Source: a virus
Taxonomy: Duplodnaviria > Heunggongvirae > Uroviricota > Caudoviricetes
DNA: 64,000 nucleotides
IMG/VR virus record: IMGVR_UViG_3300035521_000566
Strand: one strand, 5' to 3'
The notes under the pieces are model-generated. The model saw only the letters and a program-made list of their open reading frames with translations, searched no databases and was not told where the DNA came from. Positions 1 to 9,803 of the stretch are shown one piece after another (the stretch's first letter is position 1; the number at the start of each line of letters is the position of its first letter). Position numbers and translations under genes: made by a program.

Positions 1-75
1 AAAAGCTGAACAATATTATTGCTGACTTACAGTCACAGTATATCGGTATTTACTTGACAAAAAGAGGAGACTAAT

Positions 76-1128
76 ATGGGTTCAAAATGTAAAGACCATT
101 TAGGAAATGAATTTCCATCTAAAGATGCATTGTACAGACATTATGGTATTAGTCAGACTGCATTTCAATATCGTATTGAAAAGTTAAATATGTCATTAGA
201 AGAAGCATTAACTACGCCTCACAATGAATTGAAAAGCACAGCCATTGAATGTGTTGACCATGAAGGAAATACATTTCCATCTAAAGTCGCAATGTGTGAT
301 TACTGGAGAATCCCAAGAACGACATATTTCAGACGCATCCGTGACGGTTGGACACTTGAAAAAGCATTAACAACGCCTGTCATTTCTCATTGTGCAAAAA
401 AGAAGATATGTGACCACAAAAACAATGAATTTGATTCAATTGACAGTATGTGTGCATATTGGAATATCTCAAAACAACAGTATATAATCAACATTCGTAA
501 TAACTGTTCTATTGAAGATGCTCTGACAACGGCTACAGAATGGACAGAATGCAGAGACCATTTAGGACACAAATATGATTCTATCAATGATATGTGTCGC
601 CATTATGGCATCTCAAAAACAATGCTTAGAAGTCGATTAGAACTTGGTTGGACACTCGAACAAATTCTTGAAAACCCAAACAAGATAGATAACAGCAAGA
701 AAGTGAAAGACCATCTTGGTAATCAATATTCGACACAAAAAGAAATGCTACAGCATTACGGTATTTATGACGCCACATTTAGACACAGACAAAATAGGGG
801 CTGCACATTAGAAGAGTGTCTATCTGATAATATACACAAGGTTCGATGTAAAGACCATCTGGGCAACGAATTTGACACTATACAAGATATGTGCACATAC
901 TGGAACGTGTCAACAACATCATATCACCATAGAGTCAGCATTGGCTGGGACATAAAGAAAATCTTAACTACAGTCTCAAAAGAGAAAGCTAAGTCATTCG
1001 GACCAGACCTTACTGTCATTAAGCAAATAGAATCAGATTACTATGAGGTTGAATTTAAACAGCACAAATACATCTGGTCAGAAGACCAGCTTTGGGGCTA
1101 TTATCATAAACACAACCTGGAGAAATAA
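76..1128 (+). CDS. Tandem-repeat protein (six ~50-aa DHxGxxF/Y...GWTLEEAL repeats), probable HTH-like DNA-binding protein
   Basis: Repeats start KCKDHLGNEF, ECVDHEGNTF, ICDHKNNEF, ECRDHLGHKY, KVKDHLGNQY, RCKDHLGNEF; RBS GAGGAG upstream. Confidence 0.7.
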   Translation: MGSKCKDHLGNEFPSKDALYRHYGISQTAFQYRIEKLNMSLEEALTTPHNELKSTAIECVDHEGNTFPSKVAMCDYWRIPRTTYFRRIRDGWTLEKALTTPVISHCAKKKICDHKNNEFDSIDSMCAYWNISKQQYIINIRNNCSIEDALTTATEWTECRDHLGHKYDSINDMCRHYGISKTMLRSRLELGWTLEQILENPNKIDNSKKVKDHLGNQYSTQKEMLQHYGIYDATFRHRQNRGCTLEECLSDNIHKVRCKDHLGNEFDTIQDMCTYWNVSTTSYHHRVSIGWDIKKILTTVSKEKAKSFGPDLTVIKQIESDYYEVEFKQHKYIWSEDQLWGYYHKHNLEK

Positions 1129-1141
1129 AGGAGGTGCCTAA

Positions 1142-2260
1142 ATGGATAACAACCAACAGATTATACTAAGCGGAAATATGTTGGCAGCTAAAGCTAACCT
1201 ACCAACACCATCGTGGGATAACTTCAGGCAAAGATGGACTCATATTCAGCAAAAATATGCTAATGAGTTATACAACATAAGATTGAAAGACATAAGTGAC
1301 AGTCTTAACAATGAATATAATAAAAAGCTGATTGAAAAAGGGTATTGCTTTTCACGAGATGAACTGAAATCAAAAAATCGAATTGATGTCAGAAAATTAG
1401 CAGATTTAACGGACACCGAACCTACTCATGTGCCTTCGTTTTCTGCAAGTCCAACTCGTGAAGAATTTATCAGCCAAACAGGCTGGCTGTCATGCATTCC
1501 ATGCTTCAATGAAGCCGTATTTCGTGTAAACACATTCAGATATATTTATTATCGAGTAGAAAATATAGATTCTGAGCATAAAAATTACAAAGTATTTTTG
1601 CACGATTATCTTTATAGTCATGGAGAATATACCTGTGGTGCATTTGGCAGAGCGTGTATCCAGTTTTCAGACAATATGCATAAAACTGCTGTAAGTTCAG
1701 CAGATGTAATGCTATTTTCTGAAATATACAGGCTCTTATCTCAAGAAGAATTGGGATGGGGCAATATGCAGATGGATATTTGGAATACTTTAACTGTCCA
1801 ATATGCTGACGAAGTGCAGCAGCAGCTAAAGACGCAGCACAACACAAATCAATTCCAGGAATTAGTGAAAATATTTGTAGCTGTGACTACTATTGTGAAT
1901 GAACAGTTATACCTGCATAAACCCAGTCGTCCAATTAGAAAGAGCAATGCTTTGTCCAAAGACAAGATAAATACAACCAATGCGGCTAACTCATCACAAC
2001 CTGAAAAAGTAGTTCGCAACATCGGTATCATATCTATTACATCAGCAAAACCGCCTAAGATGCCAACAGAACGAAGTATTGTTCGATACAACGTTGCTGA
2101 GTGGGAAACCCGTGGTCACATAAGAACAATGAAATCTGGAAAACAGATTTATATTCAGCCTCATATTAACCACAGACACGCTCTTGAAGATAAAGACATC
2201 GAAAAGAAAACACCACAGCAAATCATCAAGTTTGTAAACAAAGAACAAACTACACAATAA
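1142..2260 (+). CDS. Hypothetical protein with basic C-terminal WETRGHIRTMKSGK motif
   Basis: 372-aa ORF, RBS GGAGGT. Confidence 0.75.
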   Translation: MDNNQQIILSGNMLAAKANLPTPSWDNFRQRWTHIQQKYANELYNIRLKDISDSLNNEYNKKLIEKGYCFSRDELKSKNRIDVRKLADLTDTEPTHVPSFSASPTREEFISQTGWLSCIPCFNEAVFRVNTFRYIYYRVENIDSEHKNYKVFLHDYLYSHGEYTCGAFGRACIQFSDNMHKTAVSSADVMLFSEIYRLLSQEELGWGNMQMDIWNTLTVQYADEVQQQLKTQHNTNQFQELVKIFVAVTTIVNEQLYLHKPSRPIRKSNALSKDKINTTNAANSSQPEKVVRNIGIISITSAKPPKMPTERSIVRYNVAEWETRGHIRTMKSGKQIYIQPHINHRHALEDKDIEKKTPQQIIKFVNKEQTTQ

Positions 2261-2276
2261 GAAAGGATATAAAAAC

Positions 2277-2720
2277 ATGAAAGTAGGAGAAATCATTAAA
2301 AATGACGGTACAACACTGGTTGTACTGGCAATTAAGAAAGACAAAGCTATGCTATTCAGATTATCAGACGGCGAGGTCATCATAGCAACAGAATCTAAGC
2401 TTGAAAAGCAGCCTAAGAACAACGAACCTGCAACATATACATGGTATTCAAGCACCTACAAAGGTAAGAAAATGGAGTTAATGCTCGAAGACGAAGTATC
2501 AGACATAACAGAGCTTGAAAAATTCGCAATTAGTGAAGCTCAGTATCGGGTAGAAAAGGCTCTCAAGAATCGCAAAGATATAACATCAGAACAGGCAAAA
2601 GAAATTTACTTTATTGCCGAACAGAATCTGGTGAATTATCTTATGTATGATGAAAATGCATTGAATTACAATGGTATTGATGAAGAAGTGAACAAAGCTT
2701 TTGACGAAGTAATAGGTTAA
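2277..2720 (+). CDS. Hypothetical protein
   Basis: 147-aa ORF, RBS GAAAGGA. Confidence 0.75.
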   Translation: MKVGEIIKNDGTTLVVLAIKKDKAMLFRLSDGEVIIATESKLEKQPKNNEPATYTWYSSTYKGKKMELMLEDEVSDITELEKFAISEAQYRVEKALKNRKDITSEQAKEIYFIAEQNLVNYLMYDENALNYNGIDEEVNKAFDEVIG

Positions 2721-2745
2721 AATTTGAAATCATAGGAGAAAAACA

Positions 2746-3210
2746 ATGAGCTACATTTATGATACAGAAGAAAATCCAGTGTTAAAGTGGATTGACGCAT
2801 TTTTCACTGTATTTGGCAACTATGCAAACTCTAACCAGACTACAACAGACGAAGACATTATGGAACCATTACGGTTGACATTCAGAGCAGGCTATTGTTG
2901 GCATTTTGCACATATGCTACAATCAACATTTAACCGTGGTCAGGTATGCTGGGCTGCACCGTTCTCACATTTTGTATGGGTAGATGCTGACGGAACAGTC
3001 TATGACTGCGAAGGTATATATGAAGGAGAAGCATTTTATTATATACCTGAAGAATATATGCCGACAGATACTTTGACTGTTGACTTCAAGCATATTCCAG
3101 ATGTTGAAGGTCGAAACGCCACAAAAGAAGATATAATTGATATTATGCATCATTTTTGTGACGAAGAGCATATTCCATACGACAACAGAGTAGAACATTT
3201 GCTTAAGTAA
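2746..3210 (+). CDS. Hypothetical protein
   Basis: 154-aa ORF, RBS AGGAG. Confidence 0.75.
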   Translation: MSYIYDTEENPVLKWIDAFFTVFGNYANSNQTTTDEDIMEPLRLTFRAGYCWHFAHMLQSTFNRGQVCWAAPFSHFVWVDADGTVYDCEGIYEGEAFYYIPEEYMPTDTLTVDFKHIPDVEGRNATKEDIIDIMHHFCDEEHIPYDNRVEHLLK

Positions 3211-3225
3211 GAAGGGAGAACTAAT

Positions 3226-3576
3226 ATGAATTACAATTTTGACTGGACCAATTTTGACGAAAAACAATTCGATGAATGCAACAAAGAAATTGGTTCATAT
3301 GAAGATAAAATCTACGGATTTTTGTATCTTACAATCAATAGTTCATTCGTTGGTCTTAATGATAAATCATTCGTCATTGATATTCATTACGAATATTATA
3401 ATTCAAAGGTTCACGGATTTGACCTTGAAATTTATGAAGAAAATGATGATGGCACTCACGGTCAGTGGATTGACTGTATTAAAACCATTAAGAGTTCCAA
3501 ATCTTACAAAAATTTCTGCAAGCGTGCAGAAAATAAAATTCTTGATTTGCTAAGAATACATGCCTGCATTGTTTGA
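3226..3576 (+). CDS. Hypothetical protein
   Basis: 116-aa ORF, RBS GGGAG. Confidence 0.7.
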   Translation: MNYNFDWTNFDEKQFDECNKEIGSYEDKIYGFLYLTINSSFVGLNDKSFVIDIHYEYYNSKVHGFDLEIYEENDDGTHGQWIDCIKTIKSSKSYKNFCKRAENKILDLLRIHACIV

Positions 3577-3636
3577 AAGAGCAGTACAGGCATAAATTAG
3601 CATCTTTTCGGAAAATCCGTGTTAAACGAAAAGTTG

Positions 3637-3665
3637 TAGACAAGTGAGCCAAAATATGATAAAAT
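3637..3665 (+). promoter_or_regulatory. Sigma-A-type promoter with extended -10
   Basis: TAGACA-17 bp-TAAAAT with TGn immediately upstream of -10. Confidence 0.55.
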
Positions 3666-3709
3666 AGCTTCATAAAAGAGCATTTTCAAACAGAAATGGA
3701 GATATAATT

Positions 3710-4000
3710 ATGAGTAAAATAGATGCTAAGAAATTATGTGACATTTACAACAATAGCGACATTGACGCTATCACATATCTAATCGAAAATCTCGATGACG
3801 AAAACGATGTTGAAATGGCAAAACATTTATATGAAATAAATATGGAAACTGACATCGGCTATGGTCGAGAACCAGCTGATGAAAATGATGAAGAATATTA
3901 TCATAACATATTCTGGAAACTCCTCAATAAATTTGGCATCACACAAATGAATGATGGTCGTGGCTGTATCGAAGGCATACATTATCCATCTGGTATCTAA
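3710..4000 (+). CDS. Hypothetical acidic protein
   Basis: 96-aa ORF, RBS GGAG. Confidence 0.7.
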   Translation: MSKIDAKKLCDIYNNSDIDAITYLIENLDDENDVEMAKHLYEINMETDIGYGREPADENDEEYYHNIFWKLLNKFGITQMNDGRGCIEGIHYPSGI

Positions 4001-4042
4001 ACAATAACTTGAAAATTATAAGGAGAAAAAGACAAAGATATT

Positions 4043-4252
4043 ATGACAGTTGTAGGAATTAAGTCAAAAGAGGAATGTATAAAAGCATTGCGAATCTGTT
4101 CGCTAGGCGATAGAAAACAAGACAACGGAGCATCTTGCGAAGAATGTCCTTATAAAAGTTATGCACATAACGAAGAAAATTACCGTGGAACTAACTGCGA
4201 TGAGGAAATGATGAAAGATGCTCTGGAATATTTATTGCAGCGTCAGATTTAG
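4043..4252 (+). CDS. Small Cys-containing hypothetical protein
   Basis: 69-aa ORF with CEECPY, RBS AAGGAG. Confidence 0.65.
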   Translation: MTVVGIKSKEECIKALRICSLGDRKQDNGASCEECPYKSYAHNEENYRGTNCDEEMMKDALEYLLQRQI

Positions 4253-4295
4253 CATTCAACTAGAATCAGATTTTAATGAAAGTGAGGAATAATTT

Positions 4296-4448
4296 ATGGA
4301 CGAGAACAAATACGAAGAATTATTAGACGCAAGAAACAAACTTTGTGCTTACTGTGAAGTAAATGAGTGCGAAAAATGTATTGTCACTTGTTTAATTGAT
4401 GATGCCACAAATGAAGCTATACATGCAGGCATCATTGAAGATGACTGA
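4296..4448 (+). CDS. Small Cys-rich hypothetical protein (50 aa)
   Basis: Read by hand: MDENKYEELLDARNKLCAYCEVNECEKC..., RBS GTGAGG; below the ORF-track cutoff. Confidence 0.55.
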   Translation: MDENKYEELLDARNKLCAYCEVNECEKCIVTCLIDDATNEAIHAGIIEDD

Positions 4449-4476
4449 TATAATAAGCAGCATAAAGGAGAACAAT

Positions 4477-4701
4477 ATGGAAGCTGAATTTAATGATAAA
4501 ATCAATTATTTTGTAAATCATCCAAAATACGGATGGCTTAGAAAATATGCAGATGATGCACTGACTTGGTATGTGATGTATGGATTTTATCAAATTAAAG
4601 CCGAGGACTTTATGAAACGCATTATAGCAGCTCCTTTAAGCTATATAGAAGCCTGGTTAGATGACAAAAACCAGTTAGAATGGAACGGAATCAACTCATA
4701 A
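4477..4701 (+). CDS. Hypothetical protein
   Basis: Start moved to ATG 4477 behind AAGGAG. Confidence 0.65.
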   Translation: MEAEFNDKINYFVNHPKYGWLRKYADDALTWYVMYGFYQIKAEDFMKRIIAAPLSYIEAWLDDKNQLEWNGINS

Positions 4702-4732
4702 AACCAGAGCTTTATAGTAAGAGAGGTACAAA

Positions 4733-4969
4733 ATGGCTAAATACTATGGAGACATACCTTGTGCAAGATTGAATGGAATTGTTCATATCACAATAAGCAG
4801 CACAGAATGTTTATGTGGTAAAGGATGGCAATACGGCTATATAAACAAAGACAGACCGCAAGAAAAACCAAATATCATCTGGCGGGAATTAGACGCTGTA
4901 ACTTGTGACAAATGCAAAGCAATATTTGCTGCAAACGCTATAAAAGAAGAAAATCATGGTGAAAATTAG
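4733..4969 (+). CDS. Small Cys-containing hypothetical protein
   Basis: 78-aa ORF, RBS GAGAGG, CLCG and CDKC motifs. Confidence 0.65.
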   Translation: MAKYYGDIPCARLNGIVHITISSTECLCGKGWQYGYINKDRPQEKPNIIWRELDAVTCDKCKAIFAANAIKEENHGEN

Positions 4970-5044
4970 GATAAAATAGTTCATTACAAAATACTACTCT
5001 CCTGCTTTTCACAGGTAATTTTAAATAAAAGAAAGGACTTTTAT

Positions 5045-5290
5045 ATGAATAAATTTAAGGTTAAAACACCAATCGGATACCTTATGGTTGAGGCTAAAGG
5101 AACAGAGGATGAATATCCAGGTGTATTTATCAGTTTCTCAAAAGACGGAGAAAACTATGATGTAAACAACATAATCGCTTGTATTGAATACGACAGCTGC
5201 TCAGAAGAAATAAAGACAGAAACTTATCGGAAAGACTTTGAAGAGCCAAACAATATTATTTGCTATGAAGATGGACGAGACATGGCATAA
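5045..5290 (+). CDS. Hypothetical protein
   Basis: 81-aa ORF, RBS GAAAGGA. Confidence 0.7.
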   Translation: MNKFKVKTPIGYLMVEAKGTEDEYPGVFISFSKDGENYDVNNIIACIEYDSCSEEIKTETYRKDFEEPNNIICYEDGRDMA

Positions 5291-5320
5291 AATTTGAAGT
5301 TTTAAGGAGAATATACTGAC

Positions 5321-5617
5321 ATGCTTATTTTAAATTACTATCAAACCTCCACACAGCAGTTAAAAGGATTTGCGTACGACACAAACAATATGACATACAA
5401 GAAGTTCTGTTTAGAGAGTTTTGATTGGCAGAATACAATTCATGCTGGACGCAATGATATTGTATACGAAATAAAATCAGACTTTAAGCTACCGAGTGAT
5501 ATAGACTACTATTTCACTGATGCGAAAGACCTTGATGTTATATTTACAAATATCATACGTGCGGGCTTCACCGAGGACTCAACAATAGTCCTTAATTTTG
5601 GCTGTATTACTGTATGA
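5321..5617 (+). CDS. Hypothetical protein
   Basis: 98-aa ORF, RBS AAGGAG. Confidence 0.65.
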   Translation: MLILNYYQTSTQQLKGFAYDTNNMTYKKFCLESFDWQNTIHAGRNDIVYEIKSDFKLPSDIDYYFTDAKDLDVIFTNIIRAGFTEDSTIVLNFGCITV

Positions 5618-5763
5618 TTAAAAATATTGTAGTAAAAAAAGTCACATTAGAAAATGTCACTATAACAGACATAAGTGACGACGAAGTCACACTTGAAACC
5701 AATAATTATCAAACAATAATAATTGGCGTTAAAGATATTATAGACTGGAAAGGAGTTTTTTAA
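5614..5763 (+). CDS. Small hypothetical protein (49 aa)
   Basis: ATGA start/stop overlap with the previous gene; fills the gap to the next gene. Confidence 0.45.
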   Translation: MIKNIVVKKVTLENVTITDISDDEVTLETNNYQTIIIGVKDIIDWKGVF

Positions 5764-5765
5764 TT

Positions 5766-6098
5766 ATGAACACATATTTATTAAATTTAACATTTCATGC
5801 TGGCTCTGATGACACAGAAGATACAGATAAGAAATTGTACTTGCTGCAGACAAACAGAGAAATCACAAAAGAAACTCTTAAGAAAGATTTCATTCACACT
5901 AACAAGCTGTTAAGCCCATTCACAGATGAAAACGAAAAAGATGTCAACTTATCTGCATCATATGAGAATGGACTGAATATTGATACACTTATTGAAGGAT
6001 ATGCAGAACTGACAAATGACATAATTGAAGAGCTATCTTCAGAAACGGTCTTTCCTGTATTACTCTCCGACTATTTTGCTATTGAGCAATGGCAGTAA
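5766..6098 (+). CDS. Hypothetical protein
   Basis: 110-aa ORF, RBS AAAGGAG. Confidence 0.7.
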   Translation: MNTYLLNLTFHAGSDDTEDTDKKLYLLQTNREITKETLKKDFIHTNKLLSPFTDENEKDVNLSASYENGLNIDTLIEGYAELTNDIIEELSSETVFPVLLSDYFAIEQWQ

Positions 6099-6108
6099 GG
6101 AGATGAAT

Positions 6109-6374
6109 ATGGACGAACGAAAAGAACTATTAGTAGACCTATTTTTGACCATATGCGTCATAACAGTGCGATAATATATCCTTATTGCACTGACCCAGAA
6201 TATGCTCATGCTATTGCAGATGACTATTTAAAAGCTCATCCTGAGTTCAAAATACCTGAGAAAAATGAAAATAATTCATATAAACTTTCTTATGAACTAC
6301 TGGCTGAACTTGATAAATTTTGCGATGAGCGATGCACATATTACGAGTATGACCAAGACTATACAGAAGAATAA
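6109..6374 (+). pseudogene. Hypothetical protein apparently frameshifted in a T5 run (pseudogene or sequencing error)
   Basis: The strong RBS AAGGAG precedes ATG 6109 (MDERKELLVDLF), which joins the 6153-6374 frame if one T is added at the TTTTT run near 6143-6147. Confidence 0.45.
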
Positions 6375-6403
6375 ATCAGTAACTATTAAAAGGAGCAAAT
6401 AAT

Positions 6404-7336
6404 ATGCCTACACCAGTAGAAAAAGTCAACAAAAGAACCAGCATGATTGAGGCTTACAAAATTCACAAAGAAACATTATCAGCTATCACAAATGCTGTTG
6501 ATGAAATCATATCAGGCGTGCCCGAATCAACAGCTTGCCTGCATAATAATCTTAATATAATGGAATTTAGACGCCTATTTAATCGAAACATATTCTTACC
6601 AGCCGATAAACACGCTAATGAAACCGTCAAGTCAAAATACAACGACGGTTACGACTGGCGAGAAACCCTTATGAAAGATATAACAGGCGTTGATACATAT
6701 ATTGCCGATTACTGGGATGAGTCCTATGAGCATATAATGAGCCATTTCACAGTAAATGAACAGACAGTTATGAATCTCAGATATAAAGAGGCTATGACAT
6801 ACGAAGAAATCGGCGAAAAACTGAATATGTCAAAGCAATATATTCAGCAGACACAGGAGAAATGCATAAGAAAATTGAGACACCCACATTGGTGCAGCAT
6901 TTTACTTTATGGCATAGACAATAGTGCTAAAATGAATGAACTTGAAAACAGTATGATTGAGACTGAAACACGACTCAATGAGTATCAGGCTAAATTAAAA
7001 CAAATTTCAATGCAATTAGATGAGCTTAAAACAGTATATAAAAATGACTTAACAAACAACATCAAAGAGCATTGCAGCACTGATACAATACATATTGATT
7101 CAGCATTTCACTACTCTCGTCTTTCTGAAGTTTCGTTATACGATATGTACTTGTCTACTCGTACATACAACGCATTACATAAAATTGGTATCAAAACTGC
7201 AGCCGATTTACTGGATATGTCGTATAACGATTTATTGCAGGTACGCAATATGGGAGTAAAATCAACAGATGAAATCATTGAAAAAATGCAGAGTCTTGGA
7301 GTTAAAGATTTTGCAAGACACGATACATTTAATTAA
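6404..7336 (+). CDS. Sigma70 region-4-like HTH fused to an RNA polymerase alpha-CTD-like domain
   Basis: LRYKEAMTYEEIGEKLNMSKQYIQQTQEKCIRKLRHP (sigma4-like), coiled coil, then LSTRTYNALHKIGIKTAADLL...VRNMGVKSTDEI (alpha-CTD-like). Confidence 0.8.
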   Translation: MPTPVEKVNKRTSMIEAYKIHKETLSAITNAVDEIISGVPESTACLHNNLNIMEFRRLFNRNIFLPADKHANETVKSKYNDGYDWRETLMKDITGVDTYIADYWDESYEHIMSHFTVNEQTVMNLRYKEAMTYEEIGEKLNMSKQYIQQTQEKCIRKLRHPHWCSILLYGIDNSAKMNELENSMIETETRLNEYQAKLKQISMQLDELKTVYKNDLTNNIKEHCSTDTIHIDSAFHYSRLSEVSLYDMYLSTRTYNALHKIGIKTAADLLDMSYNDLLQVRNMGVKSTDEIIEKMQSLGVKDFARHDTFN

Positions 7337-7348
7337 CACGAAACGGAG

Positions 7349-8380
7349 ATGCAACTGATTATGAGTAATCACAAAAACACAGAGCTCATTTATACCGACA
7401 AAGCAAACGCTTTGATTGCTACGATGCCTGATTTTGTCAAAGCTTATATCCGTGCAATTCATAACAGAACTGCACCAAGAACACGGTATGAATACTTGAA
7501 AGATATTCAGAATTTTCTGGATTATGTCAAAGAAACATTTGACTTATCATCCGTAAAAATTGAGAATTTACAGACATTAACTAAAATCGACTTTGAAGAA
7601 TACTTTGAATATCTTGAACACTACGAAAAGGACAATAAAGAGCTAACAAATTCTCGTGAGTCCATTAAGCGTAAAATGTCATCGCTTCGCAAGTTTTTCG
7701 ACTATTTATTCAAATCCGAGTACATCACATCAGATGAAATCCGAAAGGTCGAGCTTCCTAAGTTACATAAAAAAGAGATTGTATACTTAGAAAACAACGA
7801 AACTATAGACTTTCTAAATGCCGTAGAAAATGGTAATAAACTTACCAAGAAACAAATGGACTATCACAAAAAGCAGTCCACCCGTGACCTGGCAATCTGT
7901 TATCTACTGCTTTCTACTGGCATACGAGTATCTGAGTGTGCAGAACTTGACATTGACGACATTGATATGAATAATGCATGCGTACGAATCGTACGTAAAG
8001 GCGGTGATGAGGCTATCGTTTATTTTTCTGATGAAGCCTCTGGCTACATCGAAACTTATTTGGAAGAACGTAAGAATATGAAAGGTCTTGCTGATGGAGA
8101 GAAAGCCCTTTTTATTTCTTCTCAAAAGCGTAGAATGAGCGTACGTTCTATTCAGCTTTTGGTGAAGAAATACGCTGAACGTTCTGTTCCAATGAAAAAG
8201 ATTACGCCTCATAAGCTTCGTTCCACTTATGCTACTACTCTTTATGAACAGACAGGTGACATTTATTTAGTTGCTGAAACACTTGGTCACAAAGATGTAA
8301 CTACTACAAAAGAGCATTATGCAAATCTATCGAATAAGCGGAAAGAAGAAAATCGTAACAAAGTTCAATTTAAGAAATAA
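7349..8380 (+). CDS. Tyrosine recombinase/integrase, XerC/D-like
   Basis: Catalytic set intact: GIRVSE (R), VRKGG (K), HKLR (HxxR), LGH, HYA (Y). Confidence 0.92.
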   Translation: MQLIMSNHKNTELIYTDKANALIATMPDFVKAYIRAIHNRTAPRTRYEYLKDIQNFLDYVKETFDLSSVKIENLQTLTKIDFEEYFEYLEHYEKDNKELTNSRESIKRKMSSLRKFFDYLFKSEYITSDEIRKVELPKLHKKEIVYLENNETIDFLNAVENGNKLTKKQMDYHKKQSTRDLAICYLLLSTGIRVSECAELDIDDIDMNNACVRIVRKGGDEAIVYFSDEASGYIETYLEERKNMKGLADGEKALFISSQKRRMSVRSIQLLVKKYAERSVPMKKITPHKLRSTYATTLYEQTGDIYLVAETLGHKDVTTTKEHYANLSNKRKEENRNKVQFKK

Positions 8381-8390
8381 GGAGACAGTC

Positions 8391-9086
8391 ATGAAAACAT
8401 ATATACATGGTACCTCTTATGAAAGTGGTATGGATATGATTATAAACGGCATTAACCCAGAGCCAGATAGAATCTGGGAATGTTCCAATGCCAACTATAT
8501 GTATTTCAGAGAAAAACCAGACAGTGACGAAGATGAAGACAGCCATGAAGTTGAATATGAATGCCTTTGCAACGGTCAAATTGCTGCAGCTTACACAGAT
8601 TCAAAAGAGACATATATTGCTATGCTTGTACTTGAAATGTCTGATGAGCTTGCTGATGAGATTGTCGAAGAAGATAACAGCTGTGAAAATATGTACAACT
8701 GCTGGCAAATCGACATTTGTGACATCAAAGAAGGCATTGATAACGGCACTATAAAAGCAAAAGTTTGCATGTATGCTAACGCCTATGTACCATATCTTCG
8801 ACCATTCTATCTTAGCAACATTGAAAAACACATGGAAATAAAAGACCGTTTGCTAAACGATGCCATTCGTGTTATTCGTAATAGCGACGCTTTCATTGAT
8901 GAATTATTTGAAAATGACGGTATTAAAGGTGAATTTGTACTAAAGTCAAAACGTCTTCTTCCATGTCATACTACTAAGAAAATATATTGTCTTAAGACAG
9001 ACCATTATCCTTCTGATGATACATTAAACAGCTTAAGACGATTAGGTTACACAATATGCGACAAATGTGTCACCAAACATAATTAA
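8391..9086 (+). CDS. Hypothetical protein
   Basis: Start moved to ATG 8391 behind AAGGAG. Confidence 0.7.
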   Translation: MKTYIHGTSYESGMDMIINGINPEPDRIWECSNANYMYFREKPDSDEDEDSHEVEYECLCNGQIAAAYTDSKETYIAMLVLEMSDELADEIVEEDNSCENMYNCWQIDICDIKEGIDNGTIKAKVCMYANAYVPYLRPFYLSNIEKHMEIKDRLLNDAIRVIRNSDAFIDELFENDGIKGEFVLKSKRLLPCHTTKKIYCLKTDHYPSDDTLNSLRRLGYTICDKCVTKHN

Positions 9087-9107
9087 ACAGAATCGAGGTG
9101 ATTTCAA

Positions 9108-9770
9108 ATGGCTGACTGGACAACTGCTCTTGCATCAGAGCATGAGAAGCCATATTACAAAGCATTATTCGATTTTATTCAAAACGAATATGCTACAAAG
9201 ACGGTCTATCCGCCTAAGAATAAAATCATGAACGCTACTGCTACTACTCCTTTGGAAAATGTAAAGTGTGTTATTCTTGGACAAGACCCTTATCACGAAC
9301 CAAATCAGGCTATGGGCTTATCATTTTCTGTAAACAAAGGTGTGAATATTCCACCTTCCCTGAAGAACATTTACAAAGAGTTGAACGCCGAGTTTGGTTA
9401 TTACATTCCGAATCACGGTGACCTGACCAAGTGGGCTAAACAGGGCGTTTTGCTGTTAAATTCCACTCTCACTGTTGAAGCTGGCAAAGCCAATTTCCAC
9501 AGAGGTCACGGTTGGGAAACATATACAGATGCCATTATTAAAATTGTAAATCAGCAGGAAAGACCTATCGTCTACTTGCTCTGGGGCAAAGCTGCTCAAG
9601 AGAAAGCGTCACTGATTACGAATCCAAGACATCTGATATTAAAGACTTCACACCCATCTCCATACTCCGCAAATGCAGGATTTCTGGGATGTGGTCACTT
9701 CAAACAGTGCAACGACTTTCTAATGAGCTGTGGCATTGCCCCTATTAACTGGCAAATTACAGACATTTGA
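9108..9770 (+). CDS. ung: Uracil-DNA glycosylase, family 1
   Basis: GQDPYH, VLLLN and SHPSP motifs. Confidence 0.97.
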   Translation: MADWTTALASEHEKPYYKALFDFIQNEYATKTVYPPKNKIMNATATTPLENVKCVILGQDPYHEPNQAMGLSFSVNKGVNIPPSLKNIYKELNAEFGYYIPNHGDLTKWAKQGVLLLNSTLTVEAGKANFHRGHGWETYTDAIIKIVNQQERPIVYLLWGKAAQEKASLITNPRHLILKTSHPSPYSANAGFLGCGHFKQCNDFLMSCGIAPINWQITDI

Positions 9771-9803
9771 TTTAAAAAATTCAGAAAGGAATAAAAGTGA
9801 GTT

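Noticed and set aside
4254-4266. 13-bp identity ATTCAACTAGAAT with 43972-43984 (possible RT target)
   Set aside because: Many 13-mer matches are expected by chance in 64 kb of AT-rich DNA, and the flanks do not extend the match.
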